This document shows positions 29,394 to 37,212 of a stretch of 64,000 nt of DNA, one piece after another. The notes beneath the pieces are model-generated. The model did not search any database and had not been told where the DNA came from. It worked only from the letters and a program-made list of their open reading frames with translations. The translations under genes were made by a program, and so were the position numbers. Origin of the DNA: an uncultured Acidobacteriota bacterium (lineage in GTDB: Bacteria; Acidobacteriota; Thermoanaerobaculia; UBA5066); NCBI GenBank assembly GCA_963779415.1, contig CAVZYA010000002.1, forward strand, positions 448,001-512,000. Reading direction: 5' to 3'. The number at the start of each line of letters is the position of its first letter. The stretch's first letter is position 1.

Positions 29394-29633
29394 AGGGTCC
29401 TCCAGCTGGCTCTTACACGTCTGGTTGAGATCGTCGGCGAGGCTGCCTCCCAGATCCCCAGAGAAGATCAGCAGCGGTTCTCAGATGTCCCGTGGCCGGC
29501 AATCATCGGAATGCGCAACCGGCTGGTTCACGCGTACATTGATGTCGATCTCGACGTGCTCTGGAGTACGGTGACGACGGACTTGCCGGCTCTGATAACG
29601 CTCCTGGAGCGGGCAGCCGGCTCGGCGTCGTAG
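29394..29633 (+). pseudogene. 5'-truncated HEPN (DUF86) gene
   Basis: LALTRLVEIVGEAA...PW..IIGMRNRLVHAY.DVDLD.LW. Confidence 0.78.
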
Positions 29634-29774
29634 ACACAGACTGTTTCCGGAGTTCGAAGCTGCCGCAAGGCCGCGGGTGTTCCGATCGAAGCCGGTTTCG
29701 AAACGAACCGCCGTAGCGGTTGTGTGTCGGGAAGGGAGCCTGCGAGGGAGCCTGAAGGGTAAGATCAGCGCGAT

Positions 29775-30170
29775 ATGGAATCGGCCCGAATCGACCTGAC
29801 GAAGCGGATAGCGGCCTCGCCGGAGATGATCGCCGACTTCTGCCGCCGGCACCGGATTCGCCGGCTGTCGCTGTTCGGGTCGGTGCTGAGGGAAGACTTC
29901 CGGGCGGAGAGCGACATCGACGTGCTCGTGGAGTTCGAGCCGGACGGGGTTCCGAGTTTCTTCGAGCTGGTCGGAATGAAAGAGGAACTGGTCTGATCTT
30001 CTCGGCCGCAATGTGGACCTGAAGACTCCGAAGGGTTCAGCCCTTATTTCCGTGACCAGGTGCTTCGGGAGGCTCTCCGCTCCATGTCGCGGCATGACGA
30101 GCTGATCGGTCGATCTTGACGTCGCTCGATCCGCGACGAATGGGTGGACCTTCCCGCTCTGATTGCGCAG
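29775..30170 (+). pseudogene. Frameshifted MNT gene followed by HEPN remnant
   Basis: LFGSVLREDF..SDIDVLVEF; DLLGRNVDLKTP continues in another frame; short MSRHD and DLPAL traces. Confidence 0.65.
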
Positions 30171-30647
30171 CTCCGCCGGACCTGCCGATGACGGATGCCG
30201 ATGGCGCTGGAAGGCCGTACCTCTCGGCGAGGCGGCCTGCATCTCAAGACTGTTGCCGCTCCAGCCGTCGCGGACGCCGGGGTTTCCGCAGGTAGTACAG
30301 ATGGCGGCAAGAAGAAATCCATGTCCGCAAGCGTGTTGTATGCCTTATAGGGCATTGCTAGTTGCGGTCCGGAAACGAGGCTAGGGTGAGGGATCGGATG
30401 TGGTTGCATCTCGGCAGCGGTCGGGCTTTCGGTGGACGCTGAGGCTTAATCGTTCACCCCGATCGCGCATGGGTCCGGACGATCCGGTCGGCTTTGCCAC
30501 CGCTGGACTACGGGTGGCGGACGGGTCGATGGAGCCGAATCTCCTCGCCGTCGCTCGTCATGCTGGCGGTGAACTTTTCATCTCGCGGAATCAAAACCTT
30601 TCAAATGGCCGTCCACAAACCTTGCGATTAGCCGCACAACATCGAAC

Positions 30648-30674
30648 GGGGTCGCGTCTTGCATCTCTATTATA
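30648..30674 (+). repeat. GGGGTC-N-ATTATA motif copy
   Basis: GGGGTCGCGTCT-TGCATCTCT-ATTATA. Confidence 0.8.
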
Positions 30675-30909
30675 GGTGGCGAACGCGCGGCGCGGCGGGG
30701 AGTGGCTGCAGCGGAGGAGGATCGAGGGCGCGGCCCGGCGGGCTCTTCATGTTTCGGAACGCGAACAAAAGTTCCGGTTCCTTTTCCGCCGCACCCTTTT
30801 CGACCGGTAGCTCGCTCTTCCGGTTCCGTTCGCTCTACGGGCCGTCGTAGAGGTGGGCGGTGTCGCCGGGCTTGATCCCGGCGGCCTCGATCGCCACGCG
30901 ACCGAGAAG

Positions 30910-30930
30910 GTATATACTTGGAGTGTATAC
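30910..30930 (+). promoter_or_regulatory. vapBC operator candidate
   Basis: GTATATAC-N5-GTGTATAC just upstream of vapB. Confidence 0.6.
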
Positions 30931-30945
30931 AGGGGGTGACTTGAC

Positions 30946-31179
30946 ATGCGGACCACCAGGATCTTCAAGAGCGGAAACTCGCAGGCCGTTCGCCTGCCGA
31001 AGGACTTTCGGTTCAGCGTCCGCGAGGTCGAGATCCTTCGAAGAGGAGAAGAAGTGGTGCTGAGAAGGAAACCTCACACCGCCGGCGATCTCTTCCGGGC
31101 GCTGAGCGCCATCCGCCTGCCGGAAGACTTTCCCGACACGATTGAGGACAAGTCGGCCGAAAGCCGCCGGGCGCTCTGA
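30946..31179 (+). CDS. vapB: AbrB/MazE-type VapB antitoxin
   Basis: IFKSGNSQAVRLPKDFRF...EVEI.R.G. Confidence 0.92.
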   Translation: MRTTRIFKSGNSQAVRLPKDFRFSVREVEILRRGEEVVLRRKPHTAGDLFRALSAIRLPEDFPDTIEDKSAESRRAL

Positions 31180-31583
31180 TGCGCTATCTCCTCGACACCG
31201 ACACGCTCATCTACATCCTGAAGCGCCGGCCACCGGACGTCGCGGCGCGCTTCGAGAAGATGTCTCCCGAGGATGTGGCGATCTCGATGATCTCGATGGC
31301 TGAGCTTATGTTCGGTGCGGAGAAGAGCGGGAGTCCAGCTCGTGCGCGCCGAGCGGTCGAGAAGATCGCCGAGGTGCTTCGTGTGCTTCCGCTTGACGAA
31401 GGTGCGGCCCGGGTTTACGGGAAGTTGCGGGCGCAGCTCGAGAAGCGCGGAACGCCCATTGGCGCCTTGGACACCCTCATCGCCGCCCATGCATTGTCTT
31501 TGCGGGCCACGCTCGTCACGAACAACACGAGGGAATTCGCAAGGGTTCCGGGCCTTCAGGTGGAGAACTGGGTCGCTGGTTGA
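31179..31583 (+). CDS. vapC: VapC PIN toxin
   Basis: YLLDTDT, AELMFG, GTPIG..DTLIAAHA, LVTNNTREF.RVPGL.VENW. Confidence 0.93.
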   Translation: MRYLLDTDTLIYILKRRPPDVAARFEKMSPEDVAISMISMAELMFGAEKSGSPARARRAVEKIAEVLRVLPLDEGAARVYGKLRAQLEKRGTPIGALDTLIAAHALSLRATLVTNNTREFARVPGLQVENWVAG

Positions 31584-31680
31584 CCGGCGGGGGACACGGG
31601 TTCATCAGAGGCGGCCAGACGAAGAAGGCATGATCAATCGATACGCATGGAACCTCGCCGCCCGGTACGATTGAGGAAAT

Positions 31681-33504
31681 ATGGCGATTTCGATCCACTC
31701 CGGAATGGGAGCCGTGCCGTATCCCGGCGGCGCCGGCTTCCGTCTCTGGGCGCCCTTCGCGTCGGGCGTGGCGGTGGCGGGATCGTTCAACGGCTGGAGC
31801 CCGACGGCCGCGCCGCTTTCGCCCGAGGGGAACGGCTTCTGGTCGGCGGACGTGCCGGGCGTGGGCGTCGGGGATGAGTACAAGTTCGTCGTCACGAATG
31901 TGGCGCGACCCGCGCCGCTCTGGAAGAACGACCCGTACGCCCGCTCCATGACGAGCTCGGCCGGCAACGGGATCATCGCCGCCACGGACTACGTCTGGCA
32001 GAGCCGGGACTATTCCACGCCCCCCTGGAGCGAGCTGGTCCTCTACGAATTGCACGTCGGGAGCTTTCTCTTCGACCACGCGAACAAACGGCGCGGCAAC
32101 TTCGACACGGTGATCGCGAAGCTCGGGTACCTCGCCGACCTCGGGATCAACGCGATCCAGCTGATGCCCGCCGACGAGTTTCCTGGCGACGTCTCCTGGG
32201 GCTACAACCCCTCGGCCATCTTCGCGATCGAGCATGCCTACGGCGGCCCGAACGGTCTCCGCCGGCTCGTCGACGCGGCGCAGGCTCGCGGCATCGCAGT
32301 CCTCTTCGACGTCGTCTACAACCATCTCGGGCCGGAAGACCTCGACCTCTGGCAGCTGGACGGCTGGAGCCCCGACGGCCAGTCCTGGCAGGGGGGGATC
32401 TACTTCTACAACGACTGGCGCTCCGCGACGCCTTGGGGCGATACGCGCCCCGACTACGGCCGGGGAGAGGTGCGACAGTTCCTGCGCGACAACGCCCTCC
32501 GGTGGCTTGGGCCGCGGCGCTGCGACGGGCTCCGCTTCGACGCGACCGGCTGGATCCGGAATGTCCACGGTTCCGGCTCGGACCGGAGCGCCGACCTCGC
32601 GGACGGATGGAGCCTGATGCAGTGGATCAACTCCGAGATCAAAGGCCGCCAGCCGTGGAAGCTGACGATCGCGGAGGACATGCAGGACAACGAGTGGATC
32701 ACGAAGGAGGTCGAGGCGGGGGGCGCAGGGTTCGGAGCGCAGTGGGGCGCGGGGTTCCTGCACACGCTCGAGGACGCGCTCTTCGCGCCCGATGACGGGG
32801 CGCGGAACATGTCGGCGCTGCGTGGCGTCGTCGAACAGAGGTTCAACGGCGACGCCTTCCAGCGGGTCGTCTACACGGAGTCGCACGACGAGGTGGCCGA
32901 AAGCGCCGGGAAGGCGCGCGTTCCCGAACGGATCTCACCCGGCAACGCCGACGGTTTCTTCGCCCAGAAGCGCTCGACCCTGGGCGCCGCCGTCGTCCTG
33001 ACAGCGCCCGGCATCCCGATGCTCTTCATGGGGCAGGAGTTCCTGGAATGGGGCGCCTGGTCGGATGCCCGGGAGCTGGACTGGACGAAGGCGGACCGCT
33101 TTTCCGGCATCTGCCTTCTTTACCGCGACCTGATCCGCCTGCGCCGGAACTGGTTCGACACGACGCGCGGCCTTCGCGGCCAGAACGTGAACGTCCACCA
33201 CGTGAACGAGGGCGACAAGGTCCTCGCGTTCCACCGGTGGGACCAGGGAGGGCCGCGCGACGACGTGGTGGTCGTCCTGAACTTCGCGAACCGCGCCTGG
33301 CCCGCGTACCGGGTCGGCCTGCCGCGAGTCGGCCTCTGGCGTGTCCGGTTCAACGGGGACTGGCGGGGGTACAGCCCGGCGTTTACCGATCACCCGAGCA
33401 CGGACACGTGGGCGGGGACCGGCGGCAACGGCGACGGGATGCCCTTTTCCGCCGACGTCGGTCTCGGACCTTACACGGCAATCATCCTGTCGCAGGACGG
33501 CTGA
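31681..33504 (+). CDS. GH13 alpha-amylase family enzyme with CBM48 (branching enzyme/TreZ-like)
   Basis: FRLWAP, YELHVG, SWGYNP, DVVYNH, DGLRFDA, IAED, SHDE, PMLFMGQE. Confidence 0.9.
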   Translation: MAISIHSGMGAVPYPGGAGFRLWAPFASGVAVAGSFNGWSPTAAPLSPEGNGFWSADVPGVGVGDEYKFVVTNVARPAPLWKNDPYARSMTSSAGNGIIAATDYVWQSRDYSTPPWSELVLYELHVGSFLFDHANKRRGNFDTVIAKLGYLADLGINAIQLMPADEFPGDVSWGYNPSAIFAIEHAYGGPNGLRRLVDAAQARGIAVLFDVVYNHLGPEDLDLWQLDGWSPDGQSWQGGIYFYNDWRSATPWGDTRPDYGRGEVRQFLRDNALRWLGPRRCDGLRFDATGWIRNVHGSGSDRSADLADGWSLMQWINSEIKGRQPWKLTIAEDMQDNEWITKEVEAGGAGFGAQWGAGFLHTLEDALFAPDDGARNMSALRGVVEQRFNGDAFQRVVYTESHDEVAESAGKARVPERISPGNADGFFAQKRSTLGAAVVLTAPGIPMLFMGQEFLEWGAWSDARELDWTKADRFSGICLLYRDLIRLRRNWFDTTRGLRGQNVNVHHVNEGDKVLAFHRWDQGGPRDDVVVVLNFANRAWPAYRVGLPRVGLWRVRFNGDWRGYSPAFTDHPSTDTWAGTGGNGDGMPFSADVGLGPYTAIILSQDG

Positions 33505-33569
33505 TCGGCGGGAAGAGAAAAGGGCGGGGGTGAGACCGGCCCTGAATGACTACGTCCGTAGTGTAGGTC

Positions 33570-33626
33570 GGTCGATTGGGGTCGCGTCTTGGGTCGATTG
33601 GGGTCGCGTCTTGCGTTTCTACTATA
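33570..33626 (+). repeat. GGGGTC-N-ACTATA motif with 22-bp tandem duplication
   Basis: (GGTCGATTGGGGTCGCGTCTTG)x2, then CGTTTCT-ACTATA. Confidence 0.85.
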
Positions 33627-33793
33627 CGTCGCAAACGCTCGGCGCGGCTGCGGGCTGTTCCGGGAGGTCCATTCGGCCGAAGCGTTTGGACCGACGCAGC
33701 CAACGTGATCGAGCCGAGGCGCGCCTCTTTGAGTTCGTAGTGCCCATCGCGCCGCATCCGGAATTCGGTGCTCGGACCGAGTGTCGCCGCCGG

Positions 33794-34195
33794 TCACGGT
33801 CGAACGTCGAAGCCTGCGTGCCGGAAGTGCCGGTCGAATGAGAAGACCTGCTTCAGCCGGTGACGAGTCATGAGAGCGAACGACACGCAGTCCGTGAAGC
33901 TGACGCCCTGGTCGGCGAACTTGCGGAACAGATCGACGGCGGCGATCTCGTCCGCGGCATCGGGCCGCAGGATCGTGAGAAGGCGGGAAGAGTAGAAAAC
34001 CTCGGCCCGCTCCGCGGCGAAGGCATAGGTCGTCCGTCGTGCCAGAAGCGTCAGCGTCTCGTCGACGACGAAGTTGGACGTGAAGAGAGGGGAACCCAGG
34101 CGTTCGAGCTGCTTCCAGGCGCGGACCGCTCGCCGGTGGTGCTGATCACCCGCGACGTACCGGGCGAGGAATGCCCCGGTGTCGACGAAAATCAC
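33794..34195 (-). CDS. vapC: PIN-domain toxin
   Basis: IFVDTGAF, DET.T, SFTDCVSF..M, FSFD.HF. Confidence 0.9.
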   Translation of the reverse strand: MIFVDTGAFLARYVAGDQHHRRAVRAWKQLERLGSPLFTSNFVVDETLTLLARRTTYAFAAERAEVFYSSRLLTILRPDAADEIAAVDLFRKFADQGVSFTDCVSFALMTRHRLKQVFSFDRHFRHAGFDVRP

Positions 34196-34449
34196 GGCTT
34201 CCCGTAAAGGTACCGATCGTGGTGCCGCGCAAGGTCGCGAGGCGCGGCGCCCCGGAAGATCGCGCCGTCGGAAAAGAGGGGATCCTCGGTTGCCGTCGGG
34301 ACCGCGCGGGGAATCGCAGCATCGAGCGACTCGCGAATCAGGGCGCCCAGCGAAACCCCCCGCTCCCTCGCGCGGCGAAACGCGCGCCGCCGCAGGTCGG
34401 ATGGCAGCATAACCGTCGTGCGCTTCAGGGAAGATGAGGTGGCGCTCAT
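34192..34449 (-). CDS. RHH/CopG-like antitoxin
   Basis: KRTTVMLP.DL...A...GVSLGALIRE; DLA..HD.YLYG; upstream direct repeat CCGCCATAA (34452-60, 34466-74). Confidence 0.82.
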   Translation of the reverse strand: MSATSSSLKRTTVMLPSDLRRRAFRRARERGVSLGALIRESLDAAIPRAVPTATEDPLFSDGAIFRGAAPRDLARHHDRYLYGKP

Positions 34450-34554
34450 GACCGCCATAATAACGCCGCCATAACTCCTTGCCAACGGGTTCGCGATCGC
34501 GCCTTCATCTCGATTGGCGAGGCGTCTCTATCCCTTTCCCGCCCGCCGGGCGTA

Positions 34555-34583
34555 CCTATAATTGGGGTCGGGCACCTATTATA
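34555..34583 (+). repeat. Degenerate GGGGTC-family motif
   Basis: CCTATAATT-GGGGTCGGGCACCT-ATTATA; shortened spacer, preceded by an inverted ATTATAGG end. Confidence 0.5.
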
Positions 34584-34650
34584 GAAGTCAAACTCCTCGG
34601 ACCAGGCGGTCCGGCTGCCAATGGAGCCTCTCGGGCAATCCTGATGCGAG

Positions 34651-34950
34651 CTACCGCTTTTCCTTCCTGATTCCTTCGATCGCCCGCTCGCAGTCGTCGT
34701 TGATTCGCTGGCGGTCGATCTGGTACTCGCGCTCGGCGGCCAGGCGCGCTTCGGGGTCGCCCGTCTTCTTCAGCGCGTCCTTGAAGAGGATCTCGCGTTC
34801 GGCGAGGCGGGAGGAGGCGATGCGCCGGGCCTCGGCGATGGCTTCCTTCTGCTTCGCGGTCAGCGGGGTCTCTTTCGTGCCGGCCTCGCGGTCCCCGGCC
34901 TCGAGGCGCTCCATCGCAAGCTCGATCGCGGTCTTCGGTTTGTCTCCCAT
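34651..34950 (-). CDS. Small helical hypothetical protein
   Basis: Clean ORF with RBS; shortened paralogue at 24742. Confidence 0.75.
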   Translation of the reverse strand: MGDKPKTAIELAMERLEAGDREAGTKETPLTAKQKEAIAEARRIASSRLAEREILFKDALKKTGDPEARLAAEREYQIDRQRINDDCERAIEGIRKEKR

Positions 34951-35166
34951 GTCTCTCTTCTACACCAGAAACGCGCCGGGCAGCGGCCGAAGGCCCTCTG
35001 CGTCGGCCGGACGTCCCACGTGGAGCAGGACGAGGCTGGCAAGAACGTTTCTCATGAAGTTTCCCCGCGCCATTCTCCCCGTTTTTCCCGCCGGCGAGGG
35101 TGAAAGAGAGGCCTCCGAGGTCATGTCTCGTGTTCGTGAAGAGGGGCTGGCGGTAGAATTCAGAAT

Positions 35167-35376
35167 ATGAAGTCGTACCCGGCTGTCATCGAAAAGTGCC
35201 CGGACACGGGGCTCTACGTCGGCTATGTGCCCGGTTTCCCCGGAGCGCATTCTCAAGGGGAAAGTCTGGATGAGCTGCACGAGAACCTTCGAGAAGTGGT
35301 GACGATGCTGCTGGAAGACGGCGACCCGAAACTGTCGTCGGAATTCGTCGGGATATATTCGGTGCAGGTGGCTTAA
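35167..35376 (+). CDS. hicB: Short HicB-like antitoxin
   Basis: VIEKCPDTGLYVGYVPGFPGAHSQGESLDEL..NLREV. Confidence 0.88.
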   Translation: MKSYPAVIEKCPDTGLYVGYVPGFPGAHSQGESLDELHENLREVVTMLLEDGDPKLSSEFVGIYSVQVA

Positions 35377-35378
35377 GC

Positions 35379-35612
35379 GTGGGCACGATCCCCGTGCTGA
35401 AACCACGGGAGGTCGAACGGCTCCTCGAACGCGTCGGATTCGTACTGATCCGGCAGCGCGGTTCTCACCGGCAGTACCGGCACCCGGATGGGCGGCAGAC
35501 GACGCTGCCGTTTCACGGCAACCGGGACGTCTCGCCGATCCTGTTAAGGCAGATTGCGCGAGATATCGGGTTGACGCCGGAACAGCTCCTGCAGGGGCCT
35601 GCCGGAGCGTAG
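35379..35612 (+). CDS. hicA: HicA toxin
   Basis: GF...RQRGSHRQYRHPDGR.TT.PFH...LLRQIA.DI. Confidence 0.9.
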   Translation: MGTIPVLKPREVERLLERVGFVLIRQRGSHRQYRHPDGRQTTLPFHGNRDVSPILLRQIARDIGLTPEQLLQGPAGA

Positions 35613-35781
35613 GGAAACAGGGTCAGCTCGGATCAGGGCCGCGGCTCGCCGGGGCTAAAGACTCAATCCAGATCCGTCGGCACTGCTTTTCGGCCTCGCG
35701 AAGGCCGAGCCTTCTATCAAGATGCTCTGATCAGTCGCCGGTCCGCCCCGACGGCGCATCGCTCTATAAGTCAACCGCCGC

Positions 35782-37134
35782 TCAGCGCGCCGGGGAGGGG
35801 GTGCCCGCCAGCTCGAGGACGGAAAGGGTGAAGGCCGCGACGCCGTTGCGGATGGTGGGGGCGGGGTCGGGCGCAAAGCCGGAGTTGTGGGGGCCGGGGG
35901 CGACCTTCCCCTCGGCCTTCAGGCGCGCGAACTCGTTCGGCTCGATGGCGCCGATCTGCATCTGGATGCCGGGGGCGCCCGCGACGCGGCCGAAGACGCC
36001 GAAGTCCTCGGAGGTCATCGTTGGCTGGCCCTTGACGACGGCCGAATCGCCGAGCGCCTTCTTCAGGCCGGCCATGAGGCGGTCGGCCAGAGCGGGGTCG
36101 TTCACGACGACCTCGCTCGCCTCGGTCGGGTGGACGACGACGAGGGGCTCGCGCGGGGCGCGGCCGGCCGCGGCCTCGGCCTTGGCGATCCGCTCGATGG
36201 CCGCGAGAAGCTGCTTCTGGACCTCGGGGCTGAAGGAACGGACGGTGAGCTGCAGCGTCGCGTCGTCGCCGATGATGTTGCGCTTCGTCCCGGCATGGAA
36301 GGTGCCGACGGTGACGACGGCGGGATCGAACGGGTTCACCTCGCGCGAGACGATGGTCTGCAGGGTGACGACGGCGCGGGCCGCGATGACGAGGGGGTCG
36401 ACGGTGGCGTTGGGCATGGCCCCGTGCCCCCCCTTGCCGTAGAAGGTGATGTCGACGCCGTTCGAGGCCGCGGAGGCCGGGCCGCCGAAGATCCCGATCT
36501 GGCCGGCGGGGAGGTGGTTGCTGTCGTGGATGCCGAGGACGTAATCCGGCTTCGGGAAGCGGGTGAAGAGGCCGTCGGACGTCATCGCCACCGCGCCCTG
36601 AACAGTCTCCTCCGCCGGCTGGCCGACGAAGACCAGCGTCCCGTGCCAGCGGTTCTTCATCTGGGCGAGGAGCGTGGCGGCCCCCACCCACGAGGCCATA
36701 TGGATGTCGTGGCCGCAGGCGTGCATCACGCTCACGGTGTCGCCGGCGTCGTTCTTCGTCGTGACGGTGCTGGCGTAGGGGAGCCCCGTCTGCTCCTTGA
36801 CGGGGAGGGCGTCCATGTCGGTGCGGAGCAGGATCACCGGCCCCGGGCCGTTCTTCATGACGGCCACGACGCCGAACCCCCCGACGTGCTCGGTCACCTC
36901 GTAGCCCAGCGCGCGCATCCGCGCGGCGAGCTTCGGTGCGGTCTTTTCCTCGTGGAGGGAAAGCTCGGGGTTGCGGTGGAGGTCCAGGTAGAGCGTTTCG
37001 AGCCCGGGCCAGGCCGCGTCGAATCCCGCGAGAGCGGGCGGCTCGGCGGCGGGTACGGCGGCGGCGCCGGGCGCGACGGGAACCAGCGCGAAGAGAACGG
37101 CGAGAGCGGAGAGGGCACGGCGAATATGCGTCAT
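35782..37134 (-). CDS. M20-family amidohydrolase, exported
   Basis: Signal peptide; HRNPELS, RTDMDALP, MHACGHD, QPAEE, GGHG, SEDF. Confidence 0.92.
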   Translation of the reverse strand: MTHIRRALSALAVLFALVPVAPGAAAVPAAEPPALAGFDAAWPGLETLYLDLHRNPELSLHEEKTAPKLAARMRALGYEVTEHVGGFGVVAVMKNGPGPVILLRTDMDALPVKEQTGLPYASTVTTKNDAGDTVSVMHACGHDIHMASWVGAATLLAQMKNRWHGTLVFVGQPAEETVQGAVAMTSDGLFTRFPKPDYVLGIHDSNHLPAGQIGIFGGPASAASNGVDITFYGKGGHGAMPNATVDPLVIAARAVVTLQTIVSREVNPFDPAVVTVGTFHAGTKRNIIGDDATLQLTVRSFSPEVQKQLLAAIERIAKAEAAAGRAPREPLVVVHPTEASEVVVNDPALADRLMAGLKKALGDSAVVKGQPTMTSEDFGVFGRVAGAPGIQMQIGAIEPNEFARLKAEGKVAPGPHNSGFAPDPAPTIRNGVAAFTLSVLELAGTPSPAR

Positions 37135-37212
37135 AGGGCGGGGATGCTACTACCTCGGCCGGTCTGTCCTATTCTCCGAAAGCCCGATGGGCACCCCCCT
37201 CAAGGAGCCGAA

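Larger units (their letters stand above)
21675..35612. mobile_element. tmRNA-anchored genomic island rich in toxin-antitoxin modules (right boundary uncertain)
   Basis: Starts at the ssrA 3' end; about ten TA modules and remnants; internal copies of the ssrA 3'-end core; no integrase visible. Confidence 0.7.

Noticed and set aside
29994-29996. Selenocysteine read-through of TGA in the MNT gene (selB is present)
   Set aside because: Homology continues in a different frame, so this is an indel and not in-frame recoding.
30170-30900. Short ORFs in the lower-GC spacer
   Set aside because: No motifs or RBS; probably decayed sequence, no call supportable.
21675-35612. Classical integron
   Set aside because: No intI and no convincing RYYYAAC...GTTRRRY attC structures seen by eye; IntegronFinder would be decisive.
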